A DNA stretch of 64,000 nt from Balanoglossus misakiensis (GCA_040954595.2 CM082586.2:7843337-7907336), one strand, 5' to 3'; shown: positions 23,815 through 37,398, counted from the stretch's first letter. Notes: a model not told the origin generated them from the sequence alone. Numbers and translations: made by a program.

Positions 23815-26120
23815 GAAAGAGGAGAGTTGATTCATCCAAACTTTGTAAGTAAAGAAGTAATGTGAGATATTCTTTGAGCAAATTATTTTATAGTGATGTA
23901 TACTTCATTTGTATCAAAGACAAAATTATGGAAATTGAGATTTAGTTATATAAATACAATTTTTATCCTGATAGTCAATGCCGCAACTGAGGGCAGTCAT
24001 CATATGATCAGTTTATTGGCATTTATTAACGTCTACAGATTATTTTAAGATGTTTCCTTATCAATGTTTTATTTTATTGTTCTATGATTTTTAACGAAGG
24101 GATCTCTGTTACTGGTTAGAAGCAACATACAAAGTCTCTACGCATACGACCATTTCCATGTCATCTCGCTGTTAAGATGTGTAATACACACGCAAAATAT
24201 AAATGACACATACAGTCTTTGACCAATATTTTCAATAAAAGTCTAACCAAATTAAAGTTTTTGAGTACAAATTTTTTAAGAAAGCGGCGACTGTAGCTGA
24301 AATCCACCGTAAATGCAAAAACTTGTAATGTTATAATTTAATTTGTGCCTGGCATCCTTGATAAATGAAAGACATGCTGATAAACATGCATTTCAGAAGT
24401 GATGATCTCTTATCTGACCACATATGTTATAATCAGATGGCCAGATTAAGCAAAATATACATAAATTTCTAACACATGTAAATGTTTACTGGTATCGTAT
24501 GCCAACCGTATCTCCTAGCAGCATAAAGGTAACAGCGCTGGTGTTAGGAAATGGCACGATAACATTTATAGACCTTTTTGTCTTACTTGGGAGATGACGT
24601 TAATGTTGTGATTTTCTGTATTGTATATGTTTCTGATTCTGGTATTTTTATTAAAATAGACGGCGCCGAAGCAGCCAATAATGGACATGAACGCACAGCA
24701 GGAAATACTCAAGGTAAGGTGATCAAAACCCTTAGACGTGTCTACAGATGACAAGTACATTTAGTAACATAGCTTTGATCAATGGCAGTTTATTTGTATA
24801 ACTATATCATTTATTGGAGGATGTATGTGTGTATTATTCCACTTATTGTCTATTTTGTTCTGTTCACAGGAAAGCAGATAGTTGATTCATCAAAACGTGG
24901 GTGGTATGTTGGTAAGTATAACTCTGCACAGTTATGTATTTATGTACCGTATGTATGTACCGTATGTATGTATGTATGTATGTATGTATGTATGTATGTA
25001 TGTATGTATGTATGTATGTATGTATATGTATGTATGTACGGTATGTATGTATGTATGTATGTATGTATGTATGTATGTATGTATGTATGTATGTATGACA
25101 TTACTGTGGTTAACTGAGATATAAATATTATTCCATATAGGGTCAGTTTATAACATATTGAGGTAACATTGGCATGCGAAATATGCGTTTCTTGGTATGC
25201 TACTTACAAATGTTCTGTTACGCTCTTTCTTTCCAGGCTTGTGGAACAAATGTAAGTATTACTCTGCACAGTTTAATGTATGTATGTATGTATGTATGTA
25301 TGTATGTATGTATGTATGTATGTATGTACCCCGGTATGTGGAAGAATATTGGTTTTATTACTTTTTCTCTTATATACTGCATTTTACCTGCTTTGTTCTA
25401 TTCACAAAGGTTAACTAAACAAAAACACAAAGACCTTTGTATTTTCATAGGCAAAGCTTTTAAGCAGACAAAGATATATCTCTCGCTCTTTTCAAGAGAC
25501 AGATTTTAAACTGTTTAATTGTCATGTATAGCTGTACTTTATTTTGCTGTCTTATCTATGTTAAATTTCTGTAACCCCCTTGCATATGGGCCGGTGGCCT
25601 TGGAACGCAATAAACGATTGATTGATTGATTGATTGATTGTTCTATTCACAGGAAAGAGGAGAGTTTATTGACCTGCCTTGACATGTGATATCTTGCAAG
25701 GTATCGTGGAGTTTGGAATGTGGTCTACTAGCTTTTGACTTTAGTAAAAATGTGTGTGATGAATACAAATCATTTGTCACATCAATGTTATGTCAATTTT
25801 AATTTTTGGTCACTCGGAAGCATTACAGCATTCTATTATTTTTGCCGTAACAAATTTTGAATGTAAACCTTGATTTCTTTCAGGCTACTATTGCTACATA
25901 TGGGACCGAGTTTGAATAAAGGACACCGGTGACTGTAGGAAGCACAATGGCATAAATGAAATGGAGTCATTTTACTCATGTATTCTATCTAGTCCTGTAA
26001 TTACTGTATCATTCAAAATATTCATGTCAGTTTCATAGTTGATTTAGAGTTCTTGGCTACCATATATGTATTTAGTCTTTCTTTAGCATTTGTGTAATCA
26101 CCCTTTTTATGTTGGGACTA
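23815..26120 (+). pseudogene. Micro-exon peptide precursor gene, copy 1 (5'-truncated); exons 23815..23844, 24660..24713, 24870..24911, 25237..25251, broken exon at 25653, terminal exon from 25884
   Basis: GT-AG exons of 30, 54, 42 and 15 nt, all phase 1, read xKRRVDSSKL-YGAEAANNGHERTAGNTQ-GKQIVDSSKRGWYV-GLWNK. They are homologous to exons of the 48.6-61 kb gene. No signal-peptide exon was found upstream. Confidence 0.7.
25407..25637 (+). mobile_element. 5'-truncated retroposon 3' end with (ATTG)n tail and 14-bp TSD
   Basis: TTGTTCTATTCACA at 25393-25406 and 25638-25651; AATAAA is followed directly by (gatt)n. Confidence 0.7.
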
Positions 26121-26547
26121 GTCAAGTAATAAACAGATAATGCATGATCAATATTGTTTGTTCAGTCTATGTTTAATAATGCATTGTACAAAGGTGAACG
26201 ACGAGCATTCTAGGCTAAGGAGTCTTTGTTGGCAGTGTGTATCTTCTAAAACGGTACTGACCGTGCGAGTTTCCATCGCTGAGAAAATTCTTGTTTGTAC
26301 TCTTTTCCTGGTCTTTCTGTATTGCCTTTATTTATATATCTCTTACCTTACTTCACCCAATTCCAACCATTTGTAGCTATTTTGGGTTTTACAATAACAC
26401 ACTGAATCTGTAGAAAATATTGGAGATTATACCCATCCATTTGAATTGGTAAAAATAAGCCATTTTTCGCAAGATATTTCATTGGTAATTGTCTGAGAGA
26501 GTGTAGTTATACTACCATCGTAACCGCATTCAAGAGGCTGATGATAA

Positions 26548-27068
26548 GGGTGACGCTTTTTTTTATTTGTTTCTCATCTCCAGAGGAATAGTCAGGCAGG
26601 GCGGGCGGGCGAAATGAAAAAAAAAAACGTGTACCAAAAAAAAAACCTGTTTCAGTTCCATGTTTTATCCATACAAACAAATGTGTAGGCCTATTTGTTT
26701 CTGTTCAATGTTCTGGCTGTTCAGTCATTGCAATTTCTTATCTTTCAGTCCCGTGTATTGTGCTCTCTGTCCTTTTAGTCACTATAATTTCTTGTCTTTC
26801 TCTTTAATGCTCTGTCCTTTCATTCTCTACAATTTCTTCCCTTTCCTCCGGCCTCGATGGCTTCAGCCATGGTCCGACACGACCGCCATGATGAATATGA
26901 CGTCATATTTGCAAAATCTCACAATTAGCCGTTGGGGCGCTGTTGCTAGGATGATCACCTCAGGCTCAGAGTCGGCGCAAATAAAACAGTTTTTTTTTAT
27001 TTTCATGTCGGAGCTGAAATTTACGGTCGGTCGGGAGATGAGAAACACAGAAAATAAAAACGTCGCCC
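26548..27068. mobile_element. MITE with GGG(T/C)GACG..TTTCTCATCTCC TIRs and TAA/TTA flanks (Harbinger-like)
   Basis: taa|gggtgacgcttttttttatttgtttctcatctcc ... ggagatgagaaacacagaaaataaaaacgtcgccc|tta. Confidence 0.7.
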
Positions 27069-27069
27069 T

Positions 27070-28995
27070 TATTGCTGGAGTTTTTCTTCTTTCTTCTTGA
27101 GTCATTTTTTTGTCCTCGTTTTTCTCTGAAATTCCGGCACCTGCGCTTACCAAACTTGGCACGGTGGTTGGGGCCCATGAGTACTGGTGCACCTGCCCTT
27201 TGAATTTGTAATTAGTCACGTGACTTGGTGGCTGTAATCAAGCGAAATTTTCAAATTGACCTAATTTGCACGTTAATGGGGGAATGTACATTCTTTTCGC
27301 GATTTTTGTAGACCATGTGGCCAAATCCCCTGTGCCAAATTTCAAGGTCCTAGGCCACGTCGATTTTGAGAAGAAGATTTTTGTAATATTTTTCGCATTT
27401 TTTGGTGGGCTGAGGACGAACACTGGGGCATGGCATCGGACTTTGACCGTCATTACGTAATGTTGTGGAGGTCTCATTAGCAGGGTACTCACTTCTGACG
27501 GGTTGCAGTAGTCCTTGGAAAATCGGCTGAAATACGTAAACAGACCAGTGATTATTTTCCATGGAATGAATTTTGGGACAACACATTATCGGAGTTCAGG
27601 CTGTGTTAGGGCGTTTTATTGAATTACGCTGAGTTTGTTAGCTGTTGCCGTTCAAATGTGTCTACGCAGACCCGGCTACACTGGTTAACATTCAATGTAA
27701 TGCGGCAGCGGACTTTGACCCTTAGTCGCTAATGTTGTGGGAGGTTTCATCATTAGCATGGTAGTCACATGTAGTGGATAGTAGTTCGGGAAATTGGCCG
27801 AAATACGTAAGCAGACCAGTGATTTTCTTGCACGAAGGGAGTATAGTTCCATCAGAGATCAGGCTTAGTTGCCGTTCAAAAGTTCCTACTTCAGTCGTGA
27901 CGTTGCAACTGGACGTTCAGTATTGGGTTCGGCCCGCAGGTGGCCGTGGGGGTTATCAGGTCCCCCGTAATGGCACACAGCTTCATGCAGCTGTATGGGA
28001 CCAAAATAATACGCCCGATTCGGGGGTCACCTGTGACACCTGCATAACTCAATTAAATGTGAATGCGTAATTGTGGGGTCAATGAAAGTGATGCTAGCAT
28101 GGTATTTGTTGCACATGGATCAATATGAAGTCCGATTTTCCTGTCAAGTTGTGGGCGACCTTATGTGACATTTCACCTACTTTTGCTTAGTGAGCATCCA
28201 CAGCAGATGCATGCAGCTTTGGCGTGTGGGGCGCATATACGGATGGGACCATAATGATACACCAAAGGCGGGGTCACCTGTTGCACCTGCCTAAGTCATT
28301 GATTTTGTACATTTAATTGGACACTAACCAACAGGGCGATAGGTGTGGTTTTTGTTCCACAGGGACGAATGTAAGTGTCAGTTGGTTTTTGCCCAAATGT
28401 ACAAGGTGATTTGGATTACCTCTGTCGCACAGTGCCATATCTCAGCACGTTGTACAGGTGCAGCTTTGGTATTTGGAGGGATGAAACTATCATGAAATGC
28501 CAAATACGGGGGGATACCTGTGACACCTGCTTGTTTCATGTATTACGTGCATACCTAATGGTAGGCAAAGTGAAAGGGCTGCAAATGTAGGATTTGTTGC
28601 ACATGACATAAACAGGAATGAAATTTTTGTTTCAAATTTTTGGATGACCTCAGGTGTCATTTTTATGGCCATACCTAATTTGACAAACCCAAAGGGCGAG
28701 GATTTTCCGTTGTCTTGAATATGAACCAAATAGGAATCCAAATTTTTGGCCCAATTTTTGGGTACCCTCAGCTGACCTTTGAAGTACTTACTGAAGTACT
28801 TACATAACGTAGAAGTTCACTTTTGGTTGTTGTGTTTGTACTTGTAGGACATCCATTTCGGGTGGTTGCCTACTTCCCCATATCTCCACATCCAGAGCAA
28901 CTACAGCCTACGCATTTGAATGGTACAACCCTGAATGGAGTCTAATGGTTATTATCTCTAAGCCTGGGCCCCTTCAATGCATGCTGCTTGCAGCG
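27070..28995 (-). mobile_element. Non-autonomous Helentron/Helitron2-like element with internal diverged repeats
   Basis: The right end gcctgggcccc..tgctgcttgcagc is the reverse complement of the gctgcaagcagca..ggggcccaagc start seen at 43095 and 44189. Internal blocks such as ggggtcacctgtgacacctgc recur. Confidence 0.5.
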
Positions 28996-29215
28996 TTAAT
29001 TCTTCCTGAAATTGACAAGTCAGGTGAATGGCTTCTCATTGGAACAGACCACAGTACAAACTTTGAGAAGTGCAGGTGCAGTGGTTTTCTAGGTCTAGGG
29101 TGACAAAGAATTAGAATGAAAAGGAGGAATAACCGATAACGGGTAGGGATAAGGGACCCACCAGCCCCAATGCTATCAGAGCATATAAACATCAAATGAA
29201 CATGTAGTACTTTAA

Positions 29216-29564
29216 AGGGACAAAGTCTCTCTCTCGCTGCCCTTTTTCCATTAATCATGTTTGATTCAAGACACCGCTCATGTTATTCTACATGTGGATA
29301 TATAGAGAATCAACATTCAACCACACACAACTTCCATCCCGTTTGTAGGATATGGTAGTAAAAATAGCGCCAAGATGAATAAATGGTAAACACCGATTAT
29401 TCATTTTGGCGAGTTTTTCTTTCTCGTGTCTATAAGTTGGATGGAATACGTGTGCGGTTGAATGTTGATTCACTATATATCCACATGTAGAATAATATAA
29501 AAGGTGTCTTGTATCAAATATAATTCATGGAAAAAGGTCGGCGAGAGAGAGAGACTTTGTCCCT
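29216..29564. mobile_element. Kolobok-type MITE, copy 3
   Basis: Same AGGGACAAAG TIRs and TTAA TSD. Confidence 0.8.
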
Positions 29565-30053
29565 TTAATAAGTAGCCTTGGTCAATGTTTGAAAACAGAA
29601 GCTTAAGACACAAAACATGATTAATCAAAATGTTATCTGACATAAGCTTGAGAAGAGAATTTGCCAGCACCAAAGATTTACTGTCCACTTGAAATGTTTG
29701 CCTCGACAGGTAGGTTACCAGTTAAAGTCCAAATAAGTAACCTCGGTCACTGTTTCGCTCCGAAGAATTCAAAACGAAAATAACCTACCAATGACTCGAG
29801 CTACGTATATAGGTCACACTTTAGGGAAATCCCCTTTATATCAACCAATTCGCGGGTTCCGAGTTACCGAAACAGGCCACCTTGGCCGCGTGAGGGCGTA
29901 TCAATGACGTCATTATAAGTACAAAGTGCATGGTCCGATGGGACCAAAATTCAAAATGGCGGCAGTGCGTGTGTGATCGATCGTGATCACTTCTGCTTGC
30001 GACTCCTTACACCTGTTTATTTAGCATTATTTTGACAAAAACACTGCCTGAAA

Positions 30054-32273
30054 ATGGTAAATTGGTTTTGTGCGGCTCCTGACTGTACTATCAGCTTGCG
30101 CAAGAAAAGAAACGCCGCAAAATACCCAGGATTGGCAGACGTGACATTTCATGCATTCCCAACTGAGAAACATCGCCGACTTCGCCAGCAGTGGATTTCC
30201 GTGTTACGTCGGAAGGATGACTGGTCACCGAACAATTATTCCCGTGTTTGTTCGAGGCATTTTCCGGGCAATAAAGGGCCGACCAAGGAGTTTCCAGTGC
30301 CGACACTTTTTCAGTATAACAACTGGAAACAACCCGTCACAGTTCGTTCCACTGGTGTCATTGGCAAACTCTCGCAACATCGACAAGATTCAGAGCTGCA
30401 TTCAAATTCGCATGGTTTCTGTGGGGACGACGATTGTTATACACCCATCAGGGAAGTTGATATGATTGTTGACGATCTGTATGATGGTGTAGGCCTTGAT
30501 ATTCAGTTGGGATCTGAAGACACACCTTCCAGTAAGTTTGGGTTTATTAGTTTCACTTCACATGATATAATATATTGTCATTTTTGTAGGTCATATGAAA
30601 AGGAAAGAGAAATTGTTTGAAAATGAATTTAGGCACTACTGTCGTACTGATTAATTTTACAGGCACATGAATGTCATGACCGCTGTGACAAAGTGCAACT
30701 GTGTGAACAACTCAGTGTCACAGTCACTTCATTTTCAATTTAAACAGAAAGCCCCATACAAATGATATGGGGTTAGATACATACACTGCAAGGATGTATA
30801 ACATAGCTTGTACATGTAGTTGTAGCCATCAGGGGATCCATGAATTAGCACGAATATAAATAATTTAACTGCAGGTTTCTCTTTGCATTTGATTTATCTT
30901 ATATTATTTCTAAAAATTTATGAAAACGTTTTGAAATTGAGTTGTAAAAATCCTGCACTTTTGTGATCTTGTTTATTAAAGTTGTGTGTTTATTATTTAC
31001 AGAAATGTACTCGGCTGTAAAGTGTTGCGGTGTTACCAAGCCACCCAGTGATCATGACTACATCTCTATGGTTGATGACACAACAGGCAAACCAAACTTG
31101 GATGGTGTTTCAAAGACCAGAGTAATGCCCATTTCAGGGGAAACACAGAAACGACATGTTGTGCATTGTGAAGAGGAGATGGATTCTTTTGTACTACCTA
31201 AACACTGTAAAATGACTGTAACCTGTGATTGTGAAACGCAGACTGATTTGACAGGGGACCAGATCAGTAGAATGTCTGCAGCTGCAGACAGATTCAATGA
31301 CAAAGATGTACTACGTCGTGAGCTGCTTCTTGAGAAAGTGTTTGAATCGGACAAATCAGTGCAGAACTATACAGGATTTCCAAACCGTAAATCACTGGAT
31401 GGTTTCTTTGGTGTTTTAGATAAAGCTGAAACTCATTTGAAATACTGGAGTAACAGCAGCAGTTCTAAGGACAAAAAGTACCAAAGACTGGGCAAGAAAC
31501 CAGGGCCAGGACGAAAATTAACAAGATATCAGGAATATATTTTAACTTTGATTCGTTTACGTTTAGGGCTAGTGGCTTTCTTTGTAGGTGATCTGTTCGG
31601 AGTTTCGAAAACACGTGTATCTCAAATATTTACAACATGGATTTCATATATGGCAGCACTTTTTGAAAGTCTTCCTTGGCCAACTAGATCACAAATTGAT
31701 AAACACATGCCCCCATCTTTTAAGCGAGATTTTCCTAAAACTAGAACTGTTATCGATTGTACTGAATTTTTTATCGAGAAGCCCAGAACACCTAAAGCCC
31801 AAATTACAACATACAGTACCTATAAATCTCACAACACATACAAGTGTCTTGTTGGTGTTACACCTGATGGAGGATTTAATTTTATATCCAAGCTGTGGGG
31901 AGGCAATGTTTCAGATAAATTCATAACTGCAAAAAGTGGCCTTCTAGACTTAATCGAACCTGGTGACGCTGTAATGGCTGACAGGGGTTTTAACATCCAA
32001 GAAATGCTTCTTGATCGAAGGGCTAAATTAATAATCCCAGCATTTACTCGAAAGGGTCAAGGGGGAAAGGGAAAGCGTCTCAATGTTAAAGAAATCATTG
32101 CAGCTAGGAAAATTGCTCGATTGAGGATCCATGTGGAAAGGGCTATTGGGCGAATGAAAAAGTTTCGCATGCTTTCGCAAATTTTACCCTTGTCAATGAA
32201 AAATATCACAAATCAAATGGTCCAGGTTGCTGGTGGGATATGTAATTTTCTTCCCCCACTTTTGCGCAAATAG
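30054..32273 (+). CDS. Transposase, THAP + HTH + DDE_Tnp_4-type; join 30054..30531, 31003..32273
   Basis: THAP motifs CAAPDC, FHAFP, W, VCSRHF, VPTLF. One phase-1 GT-AG intron. Catalytic motifs VIDCTEF, MADRGF, RIHVERAIGRMK. No stop codons. Confidence 0.9.
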
Positions 32274-32277
32274 GTAA

Positions 32278-33270
32278 ACTCGTCACTCTACTTGTTTTAC
32301 AAGAAAAGTGACTCTCACTTTTTGTTTCACTTATGAAATTAAAGAGGTTGTGACTGTAGAGAGATCAAATACAAAATATGTTGTAAGGGAATCAAGGAAT
32401 GTTTGCATTAACCAACTAACCTACTAACCCAAACCAAGTTCCCCAATTCACTAACCAACTGACCAACTAACATACAATATTCCCTTACAACATATTTTGT
32501 ATTTCACACTTCTCTGCAGTCACACCCTCTTTAACGTCATAAGTGAAACAAAAAGTGAGAGTCATGGTACTTCTAAAACTAGTAGAGTGACGAGTGAAAC
32601 TCTTGTGAAAGCACTAAGATTTGAATAAAAAAGACACCACATGTACAGTAACAGTTTAATTTTATTGGCTGAATAAAATTCATGACATGTCTATAAATGT
32701 AACTTTAATATTCTTTGCTTTTTTATGTCTGGAGTAGACGTCAGCGAGTGTGAACGCGTATGTGTAGGGAACATGTAGCGACGCTACCCGAAACTCGCCT
32801 CACTACCAGAAACACGCTCAAGGCAAGCATGCACACAAAAAGTATTGAGATTATTTTAAAGATTAAAAAATCACTGCAAAGACACACAAAGTATTGATAT
32901 TCCAAAAATCACCAAGCGACTAGTGGGCTAGTCTAGGGTTTAAGTATAGTTAGAATGATTCACTTTTATTTTAGAAGTACCATGACTCTCACTTTTTGTT
33001 TCACTAATGACGTTAAAGAGGGTGTGACTGCAGAGAAGTGTGAAATACAAAATATGTTGTAAGGGAATATTGTATGTTAGTTGGTCAGTTGGTTAGTGAA
33101 TTGGGGAACTTGGTTTGGGTTAGTAGGTTAGTTGGTTAATGCAAACATTCCTTGATTCCCTTACAACATATTTTGTATTTGAGCTCTCTACAGTCACAAC
33201 CTCTTTAATTTCATAAGTGAAACAAAAAGTGAGAGTCACTTTTCTTGTAAAATAAAAGTAAACAATTCTA
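32278..33270. repeat. Two inverted copies of a self-complementary hairpin of about 285 bp (32278-32595 and 32951-33270)
   Basis: 32295-32578 is the near-perfect reverse complement of 32969-33252, and each copy folds on itself with arms of about 110-120 bp. Confidence 0.9.
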
Positions 33271-33310
33271 AGCTATACCCTGGTTATCCTTTTCACTATC
33301 AACAACAGTC

Positions 33311-35416
33311 CTATTTACAACTGACAACAATGTTAGGTACAATAAAATCCTCATAAAATGTAGAAAGTTTAGCTTCAGTTGTTTTCCAAAAAAATTCATC
33401 AAAATATATCCTCTCTATTGAAATGGCTTTTCTCGTGAATAGCACAAAATCACACCATTGCAGTTTACAAGTAGCAAGTTGCATTTGTATTTGGGTATAC
33501 CATTTTGATGTCCTCCTCAAACACACTTTGCCATCTACATCCGAATATACATGGTATTTGGGATCTATGCTTGATATATCACGTGGGAATATATTGCGGT
33601 GTTTGCTGGAACATTTGATTTCACAAAGGCCTGTCCCACAACATTCACATGATACCCTCCCATCAGGACTTGAACTAAGATATGGCTTGTCAGAACTGAT
33701 GACTAAGCCAACATCTTCAAATTTCACTTTCTGGTGCAACTTTTTGTATTGCTCATGATATAAATGCTTAGCAACAGGTTCATGTTTAATACCAAAATCA
33801 ATATGGGTTGAAGGTATTGTCCTGTGACTGCCAGACATGATTTTTTGGACTATGTAGTTATTCAAGTCCCGAGTTTCTCTCATGTGAAGGATATCATGTG
33901 CAATGCTGGCAGTAACTCTCCCTTGTCTATACAAATACCAATCCTCACAATCTCTTTGATCAGCTGTCAATGATGAGATAAAATCAACATCAGCTTCTGT
34001 TACACATTCTCTAATATAGCTAGTAAAATCACCATCATTGCCAGCTTTAAATGAGCTGCCCATTTGGAGAATTGTTTTGGGTTTTTGTGCCTCAGCGGAT
34101 GGAAGTGGATCAAGCATCCTCTTCCAACATGAATCATCACCGGCTATTTCAAACATTGCTTTTGCTAACTTAGTGTCAAAGAGTTTTTTTTCATCATTGT
34201 CTCGAATGGCACCTGGATAATAGTTGGACATGGTTGGTCTTGGTGTGTCAGGTTCAGACTTATCCTTCCTAATGTCAAGCTCATCTATTTCCATAGGAGT
34301 GGACTCTTTGCGGGGTTTATCCCACTTACAGGGAACATCAGTACCAACTTGAGTATTTCTGTCTTTGTGGCGTCTATCGAAGTCGTTGATGCTAAACAGC
34401 AATGCAACGCAATGTTTGCATGTTCCATGCTCACTGTAAAAAAATCAGATACATGGTAAATGTTAACTCATGATTGCAGCTTTTTTGTTTATTCATTTCT
34501 GTGACTGTCAAATGAAAAATGAGGTATTCAAACCTAAAACGTCAATGCATCAAATGGAAAATGAAATCATAGAAACTATTTTCAAATATTATCTAATTTT
34601 GCAAATCCTGATTTACAGTCCTCAACAGCACTTTTAATTGGTGAACAGATACTGTTGAAAAAACATAGACAATTCTGTCAGACTCTATTGACAGTTTTCT
34701 CATCCAAACACCCAGATACAGCACACCGAACTAAAAAACAAATGTCAAAATACATGTATAACCATTTCTATGTACCTAGTCAGACTGGTAGAACTAAAAG
34801 GCGCGGTGGATTAAAATGATAAAATTTATATTTAAAAAAATACTTACGCAACGCAATTACAGCCTCCAGAGATGATTTGGGAATTTGTCTTCATTAGAAA
34901 CCAGGTACGATAAGGTTTTTCACGTTGTGAAGTTTCGCGGACACAGTCCGCCATAACGTATATGTATTGGGTATTTGAAACCTGGTGGAGTTTCAAATCG
35001 ACGATGTGTCCATCCCGAAATAGCAGAAACCCATTATCGTTTCGATAGTCAGCAAGCCTGTCCCGTGTCCAGTCGCATTTGTCCAAAAGATATACCAAAA
35101 TATCGGCAATTTCTATTGCGGGAAGGGAATGGAGGTCGCTGACCCACTCGGCGATCGTCGCCGGATCAGGCAAAGTGAAAGTGCTTTTGGCGGGGTCGCG
35201 ATCGTCTGCGACCGTCCGCCTATTTTTACTCGAAATTTCCTGGTCACCAGGCTCTAGTGGCCGAACGTCCAGTTCTATCGCTAACTCTACTAGCTGAATC
35301 AGTCTTTCTTTCCTGGTATTACTGCAAGTTATACCGCGTTCCGATAAAAACTTTCTGAGGTCAGGAACTCGCTTGCGACGGATGTTTTCCATGACGTAAC
35401 GTAAACAAAACCCCAT
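33311..35416 (-). CDS. SAP + SWIM zinc finger + YqaJ/lambda-exonuclease domain protein; complement join 34848..35416, 33311..34433
   Basis: SAP-like VPDLRKFLSERGITCSNTRKERL. The SWIM motif GCNCVA|EHGTCKHCVALL is completed across a phase-2 intron. YqaJ motifs: W...R.GRVTAS, G..HE, SSPDG, EIKC, YTQIQMQL. Confidence 0.9.
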
Positions 35417-37398
35417 TCAGGACCGGAAGTGCAGTGGTCCCAACTCGCACGCCCTCAGGCGACAAGAGTCTATGAACTTTCTACTTTATTGTGAACTCGG
35501 AACCCGCGAATTGCAGTACGTCAATGTATTGGTCCTATGCTCTGGATAGCTTTATCAGAAAGGCCACACCGGCTTAATGCCGGAGTTGTTAAATATACGT
35601 TTTAAACGCCACTGTGACAGATCTTAGACATATATACCATGACAGTGTTTTGTCACCTATGTTAGTCCACCTTTGAATTGCATTTATAGTTTCCTTTTTG
35701 GAGGTGCGTTTCAGCAGCGCGCATGCGTCCAGCTTATTGTCACATCGCCTGACGTTACACGTGACACTTACATTTATCTGCAGAGCTAGAGACTGGTACT
35801 TTTTCGCTATGCTAAAAAGAAAGGGTCAGGTACTGAAGGCCATCTTCATCAAAATCTTCATCAAACGGTATCCCAAGGTGACTGCGTATAACGTTCACCC
35901 ACAGGTACTGTCGAAGTCAGATGTAACAAGCAAGGGTCGAGTCATCCAGACAGTTTTGAAAGTTTCCAGTTGTTACCAAAAGGAAGGTTCTTCAAAAATT
36001 AATGATTTTTGTTCAAATAACACTTGTTTTGTTGGAGTTTAAATGGAACCCGGATCGAGGATACGAGAGCTGCATTCCTATTTATATGACAGTGCTTTGG
36101 CTTGTAAGCATATTATTACATAGTTCGATGATGAGTGTTCTCATTCGAATGCGCCAAAGTATATTTTGTTTGGAAAGCAAACACAAACTTGTTGTGATGT
36201 AGGAAATGCTCAAATTTATTGACCAATGAGAGCCATGTTTACAATAAACCGTACCTGCGTAGCCCACACAGGTTGGAATGGAGCAGGGGACCAGACTACC
36301 AAGTGCGTACATTGACCTTTTAATATCTACTCAACTGAATATTGACAGGATAAGACTCTCAAAAAGTCTGATTTGAGAATATTTTCCATATTAATTTACA
36401 TGTTTTAGGTCACGGGTCACTCATAAGGTTCAGGAAGGGATCCCTGGCCAGACTACTGTTGATCTTTAAATGAACCCCTTACCTTGTAAAATGTCTAATC
36501 ATTTTCGACAACAAAATCAACAACAAAATCGTTTCCTTCAACAAAAATAATACAGTCAATAAATACAAAACTAAATCTGATTTTGTAGTGATTCTCTTCG
36601 TCATTGGTTGCCACATAGTGGTGAGTTGAAAACGCGTTTCATATCTACCGGTATAAGTCAGCATCACGTACATACAGACAAGTCATGCGCATGCAGGAGT
36701 CCACGAGGTAGTGTGGAACGAAAACGAACGTTGGTGGCGTCGCTTTAACTGCTCAACAGGAGATCTTACTGACGTACAGTGTGGTTGTGCACCTTGATAG
36801 TTTCAAACTGGTTTGTTTTTTACGTGTGTTGGTGAATAGAACAACTCGTATTGTTAAGGGAGCCAAGCCTATATGAGATGAGTTAATTATGCACATCAAA
36901 CGTCAAGTAAAGTCTAACAAAGTAGCCAAGATATTACTGTGTTGGACGTGTACAAAGAGTGGGCCATCGAAGGGTGATTTTTAGTTGGTGCATGAACAAA
37001 ACATCACTTTAACAATATGCGCATGACCACCAATGCATTCAGGCGAAGGCTAATCAATTTTTACCTCGCAGGTGACATACGAATATGGACCATGGATAAC
37101 ACCCACAGACGCAAATAAATCAAGGTTGAATTTCAAACACATTAAGCATGCATGCAAAAATAATAAAGTTTACAGGACATTTAGAGACGTCGTAATTTCC
37201 GTATATGACTGGAAAGATATTGAACAGAATGCCCCAAATTCGCCACCTTAAAGGCATATTTTCATCTGTTCTAACTGTTACAATGGAAAATATAAATATG
37301 GCCAATCACAAATGACCATAGGTCGCACCCGCGACAAAAGTAGCCATTCGGAATTTGACCATAAATGGCATGTGTGTATTGGAGATGACCATATATCT

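Larger units (their letters stand above)
29846..35513. mobile_element. ISL2EU-type (PIF/Harbinger-related) DNA transposon with two convergent genes
   Basis: Perfect 20-bp inverted repeat caattcgcgggttccgagtt at 29846-29865 and 35494-35513; the true termini may lie slightly further out. THAP-HTH-DDE transposase plus YqaJ exonuclease is the established ISL2EU gene pair. Confidence 0.8.

Noticed and set aside
16075-35416. Methyltransferase, tyrosine recombinase and YqaJ as a phage or bacterial insert or defence system
   Set aside because: They are standard components of DIRS1 and ISL2EU elements, and the ISL2EU genes contain spliceosomal introns
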